DNA from: Isurus oxyrinchus
Lineage: Eukaryota
NCBI GenBank assembly: GCA_026770705.1
Contig: JANJGN010000301.1
Location: 558,001 to 622,000 of the forward strand
Length of the DNA: 64,000 bases
Reading direction: 5' to 3'
Under the pieces are notes generated by a model. The model was given only the letters and a program-made list of their open reading frames with translations. It was not told where the DNA came from and ran no database searches. A program made the position numbers and the translations under genes. Shown piece after piece: positions 11,321 to 23,421 of the stretch (its first letter is position 1; every line of letters begins with the position of its first letter).

Positions 11321-11975
11321 CAGTAAAGGTCCTCTTGCAACTTTTAAAACTACTATTATTCTCTGTACCATTTACCATGAAGACACATAACTAAAGTGAA
11401 TAAAGTTTCCGATGGTAAAAATGCGTTTATCCCTCTCAGGGAACTAAACCACATTGACACACGCAGAGGAACACACACACACACACACCGATAGTGACAG
11501 CTGTCTAAGGAAAGAAAAATGTCCAGAAAGCAAGGATGTCACCAGATTGGTTCCGTTTTTGTTCCATTTCCAACTGCAAATTTGGTGAATGCCTGCGGAT
11601 GAACAGAAATGAAAAATACTGGGAAGCGTTTGAAATATTTTTTTAATAGATAATTAATTCTGTAACTCATTCTTAAAGCAGGAACAGTGAGAAATGTAAA
11701 CTATTAAATGTAGTTTGCAGGTTCAATATGTAGGATTTGAACTTGTATCAGGGAACATAAAATGGTTTCAAGCCCATTACATAAGCAACTCAGCTCCATC
11801 CATTGCTGCCATCTACCTTTTAATGCTTTGTACATAAAGCGACAGAGTGGTTACAGCTGAGAATGAAGACATGTAGCCCCATCTATTCCTGGCTGCCCTG
11901 CAATTTCTGCTGTCTCTCCTCGATCTTTCCTCCAGAATGGAGCACTGTACACTGAACGTGCACAGGAACACACAT

Positions 11976-12355
11976 GTGATTGAGGTGCATAAAATTATAT
12001 GGGGTATAGGTAGGGTAGACAGGAAGGAGCTTTTCCCCTTAGTGGAGGGATCAATAACCAGGGGGCGTAGATTTAAGACAAGGGGCAAAAGGTTTAGAGG
12101 GGATGCAAGGAAGAATTTTTTCACCCAGAGGGTGGTGGGAATCTGGAACACACTGCCTGAAAGAGTGGTAGAGCCAGAAACCCTCAAAACGTTAAAGAAG
12201 TATTTGTATGTGCACTTGCGATGCCATGGTATACAAGGCTATGGGCCTAGTGCTGGAAAATGGGATTAGAATATTTAGGCACTTGTTTGACGGGCACAGA
12301 CTCGATGGGCCGAAGGGCCTTTTTCTGTGCTATAGGCCTCTATGACTCTATAACT
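11976..12355 (+). mobile_element. CR1 LINE 3' fragment
   Basis: [24 protein letters not shown], tail ctatgactcta. Same subfamily as 35536-36048. Confidence 0.9.
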
Positions 12356-12401
12356 GAAAGGTTTGGCAAAATTGATTGAAAATATGAACCGTCTGAAACT
12401 C

Positions 12402-12483
12402 TGACAATGGAGAGATTTGAACCCACGCTTCCACAAAAAGTAGAACCTAACTCCAGCATCTTGGACCACTCGGCCACGCAACT
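12402..12483 (-). pseudogene. tRNA-Leu(TAG) pseudogene
   Basis: 82 nt, reverse complement AGTTGCGTGGCCGAGTGGTCCAAGATGCTGGAGTTAGGTTCTACTTTTTGTGGAAGCGTGGGTTCAAATCTCTCCATTGTCA. A/B boxes retained, but internal T5 and stem mismatches. Confidence 0.85.
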
Positions 12484-13027
12484 ACTAGTGTCAAAAATTG
12501 TCCTTGCCATGACTGAAATTTTCAATCACTCTCCACATTGTAACATTCAGTAACTGAACGGTCTCCACTGAAAAAACATACAGAAAGAAACATTCTCCTC
12601 TTGCATCTTTCCAACCTGCTTTTTCTTTCTGAACCTTTTTAATGAAAAGCTACACAACTAATGTGAGTGAAATTTGCGATGGTAAAAATGGGTCCATCCC
12701 CTCATGGAACCGAACCGCTTTGACACATTCCTGATCCGAACCACTCGTTGTGCAACATAGAAGCCCCTTTAAAAATGTAACTATTATTTTCAGTTTCCTC
12801 TCCTCTTCGACCAAAACGAATCACTTCACACTTCCAGACATTAAATTTCAGCTGCCACTTGTCCGTCCAAATGGATTTGTTGAAGGGGCCAAAAGGAGAA
12901 CCGACTCAAACTGGGAATGAAAGAGTGAGAATGAAAGAAGAGACGTGATGGGTTTTGTAGATACCGGGGGAAAGAGATTCCAGGATCAGTTCATTGTGAC
13001 AGTTCACACAGCAACAAGGAAACAACA

Positions 13028-13085
13028 TTCCCTGATGAGAGCCAAACCAGGGCGGCAGGAGCGGGAGTGCCAAATAACAGCCTGT
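13028..13085 (-). pseudogene. tRNA-Glu relic (very degenerate)
   Basis: ttccctgatgagagccaaaccagggcggcagg.. resembles 8358-8410, and flank 13140-13255 is homologous to 8545-8660. Confidence 0.5.
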
Positions 13086-14251
13086 TTAGTTAAAACATAG
13101 AAGACTTCTTCAGCCAATAACTGCATCGAGTGTGTTCAACATGAACATGAAGTGAACAGTGAGGGGAAATTGTGCCACAAGCTGCGGATGTACAACGTTC
13201 AATTTCCAAACCCACCAACAGAATCAATGTGGCTCCTCTGAAACTTTCAAGGCAAATATTGATCCTTTATCAGATGCCGTTCCCAGAACTATACACAGTC
13301 CTCCAGGTGTGACCTAACCAGGGCTTTGTATAGCTGCAGCAAACCTTTCCCTCTTTGCTATAACAGTCTCTGTAACAGGTTGTACAGCAAGAGGAATTAG
13401 ATTGTATAAGGCGACTGAGAAAAACGAGGGCATGCTTGATCTGAATCAATCTCTTTGGAAAGTTTGGTATGAAATCAGCTGCATAAATACATTTATGGTT
13501 CAAAAACTATACCGGAATCTAAAGTCCAACTCCTGATGTCATTGGGTCAGGGAAATTTTGTTGATGATCACACAGTGCGCATGGGCACTGCAGAAACTCC
13601 TGCAACTCTTTCAATATTGTTCTATAATTTCATAAGCTCCATGAAATCTCTGTTTAACCTCCTTTATTCTAAAGAGAACAATCGCGGCCTCTATAATCTC
13701 TCCACAAAGCTGAATTTCCTCATCTATGGACATGATGCAAGGTGAAAAATTGCAATGAGATTTTAGAAAATATTGCCAGCTAGCAGTTGGGAAGATGCAA
13801 AAGGAACCAAAGCAAAAAACCCAGTCTCCAGCTTTGCAAAGCTTTCGAAATTCTTTGGGAACCGGGATCAGAGGAGAACGAAGGGCAAACTGTCCGACTG
13901 ACCTTTCAAGGTACCATTCCCCTCTTTAAGGCACTGGAACGTTGACTCTGATGTTATCATTGAAATTAACTGATCTGAGACATGGAAAGGATTCTCCTCA
14001 CTGCACATCAGCAATTCAAGCCGAATATTGGTTTCGGGACAATCAGAGCACTTGGTGACAGACAAGGCACCAAAAGGATCGAAGGAGAGCTGGTTCCAGG
14101 TGACATGGATGTGTCTGCAGTGGGTGGGATCAGACTGTTTCCATATATCCAAATCAATGCCTCACCCTTTATTTTGGAAAGGTAAAACTCGTAGAGAACA
14201 ATGATCATTCTGATAGCGGCATCTGAACCTTTAAGTACATATCTTGCGACT

Positions 14252-14329
14252 TTTTCTGTGGTGCAATTGGTCAGCGTGTTCGGCTGTTAACCAGAAGGTT
14301 GGTGATTCGAGCAAGACCACCCGCCGACG
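14252..14329 (+). pseudogene. tRNA-Asn(GTT) pseudogene
   Basis: CTGTGGTGCAATTGGTCAGCGTGTTCGGCTGTTAACCAGAAGGTTGGTGATTCGAGC... T-arm insertion and broken acceptor stem. Confidence 0.88.
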
Positions 14330-15164
14330 AAGCTTTCACCGTTTGTCAGCCCATCACATTCATCACCCCCACAACTCTGGGTTGTCAAGGTGCATATTGG
14401 CTTCAAGAAAATAATCCACAATCGAGGCACATGTTTCTGTTATTCAGTGATCCCACACAAACAGTCGCTTTCTTATGAATATTTCAAATGTAAAGAGAAA
14501 ATGATCAGACCTGCCATGTACCTATATCTAATCCATTGGAAAGATATGAAGTTATGAGATTCAAACAAACCCATCAGTGATTCTCTCTTCTTCAGCTCCA
14601 CAGTGAGTGGGATAGGGAAGAGCGGAGAAGCAGCAATATTCTGGCCCCACACTCTCCAATCACCGCTGCCAGCAGAAAGCAGTGACAGTAGCTTCAATCA
14701 GTGGCTTACTGCCCATCCCTGGGATGCAAGATACTCCAACACGGGCTAAACTTCCCAATACACTGAGCACAGGCTCAGGGAAAGGCAGGTAAATTATATC
14801 CCATTCACTAAGCCTCCAAGCACCATTTACAAAATACCCTAGTGAGGGAGTCACAAATAAAAACAACAACAACTTTCTAAATCTTTTCACTGTGAAATTC
14901 CATCTTTTTATTTAAAAACTGACAGTTGTGCATCTGAAAATGAGCACCATGGGATTTGTGTTACTGATGACTTGTTTTCCATTGTTTGTCTGTCAGGTTT
15001 GCTACTCAATTTGTGTTGGAGATTGAAGCGAATCTGATTTCAGAACGAGGTCACAAAGCAGGTCAATATTAAACCCAGGAACACATCCTGAGGAAAATAG
15101 ATCACAATGTTTGGAAGGAGGTGCAGCTAAGAAATGGAATCTGTGAATGATGTTATTGATGATT

Positions 15165-15682
15165 GATGGGAAAGCATTGGACCCTTGGGCTTCTGGTAGT
15201 CAATTCCCTTCTCTCCCATTGCATTCAGACAGTTAACTTGCTGTGATGTTTTCCCTTCCCACACTCAGAGCAGGTTAATGGCCTCTCCCCAGTGTGAACT
15301 TGCTGGTGTCTCAGCCAATGGATGCATGAGTGAATGAATCCCTTCCCACACATGGAGCAGGTTAATAACTTACCACCAGTGTGACTGCATTGGTGAGTTT
15401 CCAGCTAAGATCAGTGGCTCAGTCCTTCCTCACATTCCCCACATTTCCGCAGATTCTCATCAGTGTAACCGCGCTTGTATTTCGACAGGCCAGATGATCC
15501 CGTGAATCCTCATCCACACACAGAGCACGTGTACAGTTTCTCCCCACTGTAAACGGTGCTTTTTCCTTCCATGTTCAAACTCTGATGATATTCAGGCTAC
15601 GATAAATTGGGCAACTCAGCCAGATCCTAGTGTGATGTTTGGTTAGAGTTTCCTGACTGCAAATCTTCCCCTCCTAATACCC
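15165..15682 (-). pseudogene. C2H2 zinc-finger pseudogene (ZNF-H)
   Basis: Reverse complement gives NMEGKSTVYSGEKLYTCSVCG* and further decayed fingers. Paralogous to 25197-25600. Confidence 0.85.
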
Positions 15683-15774
15683 AGTGAGGGGGAGATAAAG
15701 ATGGAAATAGAGAGAGAAAATGAGGGAAATATGCAAAAGGAGAGATGGAGAATGACGTGAGAGGGTAAGGTTCA

Positions 15775-15799
15775 GAGGGAGAGAGAGATAGAGAGAGAG

Positions 15800-15845
<46 letters not shown>
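15775..15845. repeat. (GA)n microsatellite
   Basis: Direct inspection. Confidence 0.95.
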
Positions 15846-15954
15846 GAGAGTGGCAGGGGTGAAAGAGAGGGATTTCATATCAAATTGACCAGAACTTTGA
15901 CAGAACGTCCCAAACCCTGAATCTACACCATCTAGAAGGAGCAGGGTAACAGGT

Positions 15955-16822
15955 GTATGCAAACGCATCCTGACTTGTCTGGCATCCAGTGCCGCGTGAA
16001 CAGAAATGTCCTCCAATTAAATATTGGAAAAATTAAAGCCATTGTCTTTAGTCCCCCCTACAAACGTCACTCCTTAGCCACTGGCTCCTCTCCTCTCTGC
16101 TGCAACTGTCTGAGGCTGAACCAGATTCTTCTCAAATTGGTGTCTTCTTCAAACATATCTGCATCATCACAAAGACCGCCGATTCCCACTTCTGTAACAT
16201 AACCGAACCCTGTCCTAGTCTCAGCTCACCCAATTCTGAAACTCTCATCTATGCCTTTATTAACTCTAGACTTAACTACCCTAACGCACCCCAGGCCACA
16301 TCCCACATTCACCTCCCCAGTAAACTTGAGGTAATGCAACACCCTGCTACCCATGTGTTTGTTTGCAGTAAGTCTTGCTCACTCATCACCTCTGTGCTCG
16401 CTGACCTAAAAAGGCTCACGTTTAAGAAGCATCAACATTTTAAAATTCTCATCCTTGTTTTCAAATCCCTCTGTGGCTGCAATCACCCCTTTCTCTGTGA
16501 TCTCCTCCAAGCCCACAACCCTTTGGGATCACTGCGCTGATCTAATCCTGATCTCTCGACCATTCTCAATTAATCACTCCATCACTGGTTACCATTCTTT
16601 AAGTTTCTAAGGCCCCAAGCTCTGAAATTTCCTCCCTAAACCTGCCCACATCTCTATTCACTTTCTTCCTTTAAGATACTCCTTAGCCTTACTCTTTCAC
16701 CAAGCCTTTGGTCACCTGCCCTTATGTGGCTCGGTGTCAAATGTTGCTTTGTAATATTTCTACAAAATGCTTTGGAACATATAATTACATGAAAGATGCT
16801 ATATAAATACAAATTATTGTTG
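15955..16822 (+). mobile_element. L2-type LINE 3' fragment
   Basis: LQLNIGKIKAIVF, ITSVLADL..FKILILVFKSL. Tail gctatataaatacaa. Homologous to 26960-27815. Confidence 0.8.
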
Positions 16823-17169
16823 GTTTGGATACATATTACTGTTCCTTCATCACTACAGGGTGAAACGTTCTGTAACTCCCTATCTAACAACATTGTGGGA
16901 GCACCTTCACACGGGTTGCAGAGGTTCAAGAAGGTCAAACATCATCTTCCCCACAGGTAAATGGGGATGGGCAATATCCGCTGCAGGTCTTGTTAATGGC
17001 ACTGAAATCTCAAGGTACACCTGTGTCAGATGGGGCAGTCCTTCCTTTAAACTCCATCTGAGAGGAAAGTGACTGCTCCCGAGAGCTGGATGAGAGGAGG
17101 CAACACAGAGTCAGATGCTGAACACACTGCAGCCCACACGGACATTACAAACTGCCCCCTTTCTTGCTG

Positions 17170-17585
17170 CACATAGGAAGAGAAGCAGGCCATTCAGCCC
17201 CTCAAACCTGCTCCACCATTCCATTTGATTGATGCTGATCTGTACCACAACCCCCTTTTCCCATCTTTGATCAAATTACTTTTATATCTTTGCTTAACAA
17301 AATTCAATCTATTCATGTCTTGAAAAATTCAATTGACCCCCAGCATTCACAGCTTTTTGGGGAGGTTGGTCCTGATTCCCACAACCATTGTCTGAACACG
17401 TCGTTCCTGATTTCACTCCAGGTTCTACTGTTTTCATTCTGCCCCCTTGTTCTCGATTCCCCAGCAGAGCAAATGTTTTCCCTGTATCTACCCTCACAAA
17501 CACATTGATCATTTAAAAAAAACAGCATCATATCACCACTGAAACTTCAATATTTCATGAAATACAAACCTATTTTCTGCAGCCT
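17170..17585 (-). mobile_element. CR1 LINE 3' fragment
   Basis: Starts with the reverse-complement CR1 tail (caggccattcagcccctcaaacctgctccaccatt). Confidence 0.7.
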
Positions 17586-17589
17586 GTTC

Positions 17590-17900
17590 ACCTTGAAGTG
17601 CAGCAGCATTGACTTTAATGTCTTGGAGGAGCTTTCTACCAACTGTTCAGAATGGCGACAACTTATCCATCAAGCAGCATCACACTTTGAGTCACAGTGT
17701 CTTCATGATGAGGCACAGCAGCAGCAAAGAAGTGGAATCAGATGCTGTGCTCCAGATCCCAATACTTCATGGATGTCCTGCCCCATGAGTCCAAATATCT
17801 GCAGGTCAAAAATCAGTCTGTTCAGTCACAAGAAGACCCATGGCAGAAACTCACCACCCTGAGTAGACATCATCCTTGAATCGAGAGGCTGCTGACGAAG
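17590..17900 (+). mobile_element. RTE-type LINE 3' end
   Basis: EWRQLIHQA..CPMSPNICRSKISLFSHKKTH (decayed C-terminal zinc motif). Second copy at about 23850-24070. Confidence 0.65.
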
Positions 17901-18759
17901 TATTAAACAACAACTAACACAGGCACTTGGGGACTGAGAGAATACACACAGATGAACAGGTTGTTTAACAGAATTCTGACCACAGAAAGTTCATTCCAGT
18001 GAAGCCAGACTGAACATGAAGATGAGGCAGAAATAGCGGCAGACATAATAGCCCAAGATTAAACATAATGCAAACTGAATTAGAATCACCATTGGAGCAG
18101 CTTTATTAGATTCACAATAACTATGCATAATAAACAGAGGCCTTTCATTGTAGGATAATGAAAATACTGGACAAAGATAGGAATAGTTTGATTCTGAGGG
18201 GTTGAGGAGAGGCTTGGTAGAGGATAGACAAATGGTGTGGCTTCTGCAGCTTCTGTAGTTCTGCACTCTCACAAGGAAGGAGGTGGTTAGATTATGCAAG
18301 TGTCACCATTAAGCTGCAAACATAAAATCAAGGCTTTATTTAAGCAATGAAATGGATATAGAAATGAAGAGGCTCTGTCGGTTCAATGGAACTTGAGGGA
18401 TTTAGGGTCATTAATAAAAATGAAACATTCCCGCCTCTGAGCCATAAACTCCTCTGCAGACAGTCCTGGTGAGTGAAGACGGCTCTCCAGCTCATTCTGG
18501 GTTGACATCAGGCAGGATAGGTGTATCCGGCAGGTCTGGCTGTTCTCTCCCACTGTGTGAGCTGATCAAACTCTCCCGGCTAATGCCGGAACAACAAATC
18601 GGCTGGAATTAAATGCTTCCAGACACGGAAGTGGGGTTAAGCAGCCTGCGAATTCTTCCACTAATTCACACTGTTCTCCAAGGGATGAATTCAAAGAGAA
18701 ACAATCACTACGCCCTGTAATTTCCCGAAATAATTCCTGCTGCCTGTCCTGACTGAATC

Positions 18760-19290
18760 CATTTCAGCAGCAAATGTTGAAATGTTTGCTCCACACCCAC
18801 AGGTGTAGACAGTTTCATCTGTTTAAAGCCACAAACAGAAAGGTCCAGTTTTCTCTTGGAGTTTGAGACGAATCAACTTTCAAAATGATGCAGTTTCTGG
18901 CAATGAGGGAGATCCGGACTCAGCCCCGCCCCTCATTCACTCCAATTGCTTGGAGGACCAGCCACTTTCGCAGGGTCCTCCAGTCCCGCCCCGTCTTCCT
19001 ATTGGTCGCGAGTTGCCGTCAATCAGTCTCGGGCATTGTGATCTGAGCATGTGCAGGCCATGGCGACGGACGGTAAGAGAGCTCGAGCGAGCGGGTTTAA
19101 AATGGAGGGTTTACAAAGACCGAATGCGGATCCAGAACTCAAAATATAACCTGCAACATTTTCTATTTAGGACGCGACTAGAAACCGTAAACATTATCCC
19201 TGACTCCCCGGTTTCTCCCGCTCAGGTCTGACTTTGGAGTGAGTCCGGAGAGGCCCCAGCGCATGTGCAATGTCAGCTCATTCAGGAAGC
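18760..19290. promoter_or_regulatory. ZNF-family CpG-rich promoter cassette
   Basis: 18760-19055 is homologous to 29008-29282 and 47100-47320. GC boxes, ATTGG, decayed NRF1 motif, donor-like G/GTAAG near 19072. Confidence 0.65.
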
Positions 19291-19607
19291 GTCTGTAAAT
19301 GTAGAGAAAGTGATAAAAGTTAGGGAGCGTCTCTAAAAATGGTGATTGTCAGGAAATGTCTGCAAATGAAGGACATGATGACTGAGCATGGAGTGCTTAA
19401 AAAGCAAGGGAACGTGCTGATAAACAGGGAATGTCTGTAAAGAATCATTGAGTCATAGAATTGTATAACACTGTTACCAGAGAAGAAGATGATGCTTGAC
19501 CTTGAACCTTTGCAGTCTGTGTGGTAAACTGCTCCCACATTTCTGTGAGATAAGGAGTTACAAGAATTTCACTCAGTGATGATGAAGGAATGGTGACATG
19601 TCCAAAT

Positions 19608-21485
19608 CAACAACAACAATGTGTGTTTATATGGTGCCTTTCGTGTAATAGAAAGCTCCAAAGTGTTTCACAGGAGTTTTATGAAGCAACTTTTGCCACT
19701 GAGCCCACAGACGGAGATGTTTGACTAGATGACCAGAAGTTTGGTCAGAGATAGGTTTTAAGAATTATCTTGGTGGTTATGAGGCTGGAGAAGATCACAG
19801 AAATAGGAAGGAGCGATAACATGAAGAGATTTGAAAGCAAAAATGATAAATTTAAAATTTAAGTGCTTCTTAGCCTGGAAACTTTGTACCTCAGAGACCA
19901 TGATGGTGATGCGTGAACAAGACTTGGTGGAGTAAGCACATGGGCAGCAGAGTTTTGAATGACCTCAAGCTCACAAGGAGGTTTAATGTGGGAGGCCGGC
20001 TGGGATTGCGTTAGGATAGTTAAGTCTATAGGTAACAAATGAATAGATAAGAATTTCAGCTGCAGAGCAACTGAGACTAGGATGGAGTTGGATGATACTG
20101 AGGTGGAAATGGGCAGTCTTGGTGATGATAAAGGGGAGCCTGTCGACATACTGTACTTAGATTTCCAGAAGGCATTTGATAAGATGCCACATCAAAGGTT
20201 ATCGCGACAAATAAAAGCTCATGGTGTAGGATGTAACATGTTAGTATGGATAGAATATTGACTGGCTGGCAGAAAACAGAGAGTATGCATAAATTGGTCT
20301 TGTCTGATTGGCAGGATGTGATGCGTGGAGTCCCACAGGATCTGTGCTGGCACGTCAACTTTTTACAATTGATATCAATGACTTAGATGAGGGGAGAGAA
20401 GCCATTGTAGCTAAACTTGCAGATGACATGAAGATATGTAGGAATGTATGTTGTGAAGAGGACATAAGGAGGTTGCAGATGCATATAGATAGGCTGACTG
20501 ATTGGGCAGAGATCTGGCAAATGGAGTTTAATGTTGGAAAATGTGAAGTTGTTCACTTTGGCAGGAAGAATAAAAAAGCAGAATGTTACTTAAATGGAGA
20601 ATGACTGCAGAATTTCAAGGTGCAGAGGGATCTAGGTGTTCTAGTGCATGAGGCACAAAAAGTTAGTATGCAGGTATAGCAAGTAGTTAAGAAGGCTAAG
20701 GGAATGCTTTTCTTTATTACGAGAGGGATTGAACATCAAAGCAAGGATGTTATGCTTCACTTATACAGGGCATTGGTGAGACCACGTATCGAATACAGTG
20801 TGCAGTTTTTGGTCCCCTTATTTAAAGAAAGATGTAAATGCATTGGAGGTGGTTCAAAGGAGGTTTACTAGATTGATACCTGGATGAACGGATTGTCTTT
20901 TGAGGATAGGTTGGACAGGCTGGGCTTGTTTCCACTGGAGTTTAGAAAAGGGAGGGGTGACTTGATTGAAGTATATAAGATTCTGAATGGTCTTGACAAG
21001 GTGGATATGCAAAGGATGTTTCCTCTTGTTAGTGAGTCCAGAACTAGGGGCATTGTTGTGAAATTAGGAGTCGCCCTTTTAGGACAGAGATGAGGAGAAT
21101 TTTTTTTCTCTGAGGACTCTGGAACTCCCTGTCTCAGAAGTCAGTGGTGGTGGAGTCATTAAATATTTTTAAGGCAGAGGTAGATAGATTCTTGTTAGGC
21201 ACAGGAATCAAAGTTTCTCAGGGGTAGATGGGAAGGTGGAATTTGAAATGCAAGTAATCAGTCATGATTATATTGAATGGCGGAGTGGCCCTGAGGGGCT
21301 GAATAACCTACGTATTTTCCTATTTTGCATGTTCACATGATGCAGATGTGGTTTGAAGGTCAGTTTGGGGTGAAACATGACACCAATGTTGTGAAAAGTC
21401 TGGTTCAGCCTCAGACAGTTGCTGGGGAGATGATGGAGTCAGTGGCTGTGGAGTGGAGAAGGGACTGAAGACAATGGTTTCAGTT
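19608..21485 (-). mobile_element. L2-type LINE fragment split by a CR1 insertion
   Basis: 19608-20130 and 21340-21485 are consecutive parts of the reverse complement of the L2 sequence at 26960-27815. Confidence 0.7.
20131..21335 (+). mobile_element. CR1 LINE 3' half (decayed RT)
   Basis: YLDFQKAFDK, GVPQGSVL, KLADDMK, WQMEFNVGKCEVVHFG and 3' tail. Confidence 0.92.
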
Positions 21486-21488
21486 ATT

Positions 21489-22312
21489 GGGGAGACATTG
21501 GCATAGTGGTATTGTCACTGGACAAGTAATCCAGAGATCAGGGTAATGCTTGAGGGACCCAGGTTCAAATCCTGACACAACATCAGGCTTTCACCAAGAC
21601 ACGTTACACAGCACCTTCCAAACCCACAACTACCTAGAAGGACAAGGGCAGCAGATAGATGGGAACACCACCACCTGGAGGTTCCCCTCCAAGTAACTCA
21701 CCATCCTGACTTGGAAATATATTGCCATTTCTTCACTGTCACTGGGTCAAAATCCTGGAACTCCCTACGTAACAGCACTGTGGGTGTACCTACACCACAT
21801 GGACTGCAGTGGTTCAAGAAGGCAGCTCACCCCATCTTCTCAAGGGAAACTAGGAATGGGGAATAAACGCTGGCCCAGCCAGCGAAGCCCATGAGTGAAA
21901 AAAAAAGTTTACAAGACAGATGGTGGAATTAAATTTCAATGAAAAGTCTAATGTTGGCAACAAAACCATTGTCGATAGTCGTAAAAGCCCATCTAGTTCA
22001 CTAATGTCCTTTAGGGGAGGAAATCTGCCATCCTTACCTGGTCTGGCCTACGTGTGACTCCAGACTCACAAGAATGTGGTTGACTCTGAAATGCCCTCAG
22101 TTGTATCAAACCACGACCGGAAAATGATTAAGAAATGAAACCAGACCACTCAGCATCGGCCCAGGCACCAGAAGCAACAAAGGCAAACTCAGCCCTGTCA
22201 ACCCAATGAAGTCCTCCATACTAACATCTGCAGGCTGGTGCCAAGAATGAGAGAGCTGTCTCACAGAGGAGTTAAGCAACAACCTGACATACTCATATTC
22301 ACGGAACCATAG
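21489..22312 (+). mobile_element. tRNA-headed element: SINE-like head/body continuing into a LINE APE-endonuclease N-terminus, with a nested LINE tail at about 21585-21906
   Basis: A-box TGGCATAGTGG, B-box GGTTCAAATCC, body as in the SINEs at 7197 and 23422. 22208-22312 translates EVLHTNICRLVPRMRELSHRGVKQQPDILIFTEP*. Confidence 0.7.
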
Positions 22313-22589
22313 TTCTTGTGGAGACAAAGTCTCCTCTTCACATTGAGGATACCCTCCATTGTGTTGTCTGGTACTACAACCCTAGATCTCAAACAGATCA
22401 TGCAACCATGAGGTGCTGTGAGCCATCAGCAGCAGCAGAATTGTACTCAACCGCAGTCTTCAATTTTGCTTTGAATCATCATCCCCTTGATCATTTACTC
22501 AGTCTTCCATCCTATCGCAGACCGTTTGTTCTTTTCTCCTCTCCCCCTCTCTTTTACCTGACCCTATATTTTCTGGAAAAGTATTAAAT

Positions 22590-22916
22590 CTTTCACTCTT
22601 TCCTGTTTGGATAAAGGGTCACCGATGTGAAACATTCAATCTGTTTACCTCTCCATAGATACTGTTTGACCTGCTGAGTGTTTCCAACATTTTCTGTTTT
22701 GAGGTTGGATTTCTAGCATCTGCAGTATCTTTTTTTGGGGTCACTGTACATTCTCTCACTTATCGTTACCTGTATAAAGGTGAAGAAGAGCTTTTAAAGA
22801 ATGAGACAGCAGTAATTGTCTTGAAGGGTCATTCGGACTCGAAACATTAACTGTGCTCCTCTCCACAAATGCTGCCAGACCTGCTGAGTTTTTCCAGGTA
22901 TTTTTGTTTTTGTTTT
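22590..22916 (+). mobile_element. Two Penelope-like terminal fragments
   Basis: About 22605-22735 and 22820-22916 match 62490-62587. Confidence 0.7.
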
Positions 22917-22989
22917 AGTAATTGTCACCCTGTTCGACATAAAACTAAACTCACTGTTAATTCCTCATTGGTAATAATTTTAAACACAA

Positions 22990-23060
22990 AGTTTCGGCCG
23001 GGATTGAACCGGGGACTCTCTCATGTAAAGTAAATGTGATAATCACTGCACTGGGGAAAT
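22990..23060 (-). pseudogene. tRNA-Val pseudogene (anticodon reads TAC)
   Basis: Reverse complement ATTTCCCCAGTGCAGTGATTATCACATTTACTTTACATGAGAGAGTCCCCGGTTCAATCCCGGCCGAAACT. B-box retained, anticodon stem broken. Confidence 0.8.
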
Positions 23061-23169
23061 GAGTGTGAATCCCCCCCGGACAGAGGGGAACTGACCATCC
23101 ATCTCTAGCTCTAATTCCCAAACAGAAAATGCTGTCAAGAATCAGCAAGTCAGGCTGAGTCTGTGGCCG

Positions 23170-23420
23170 CTCTCAGCGTCTGAAACCGTCACAATTGCTC
23201 CAAACCAATAGGAAAAGGGGGCGGGACTGGGGGACACGTGCACGCGAGAGGCTGGCCCTGCAACCAATGAGGAGGCGGGACTGACTGAAGCATGCGCAGT
23301 GCGGATAATGGGGGTCCACAATGGGTGAAGGCAGAGGGGTTGGCGGGGCAGAGGGAGCGATGGACAGAGACATGTTGTGTAAACCCGCAGCCGTGTTCGG
23401 CTCAGGCTAAAGGCCCCATC
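23170..23420. promoter_or_regulatory. Putative promoter of ZNF-A
   Basis: CCAAT x2, GGGCGG box and GCATGCGCA (23290-23298), CpG-rich. Confidence 0.6.
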
Positions 23421-23421
23421 A

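Noticed and set aside
13535-13558. GGTCAGGGAA-TTTT resembling a tRNA-Glu 3' end
   Set aside because: Only about 10 matching bases, and the upstream sequence does not align.
13982-14185. Exon-like open stretch ending at a GT donor
   Set aside because: No recognisable homology or partner exons.
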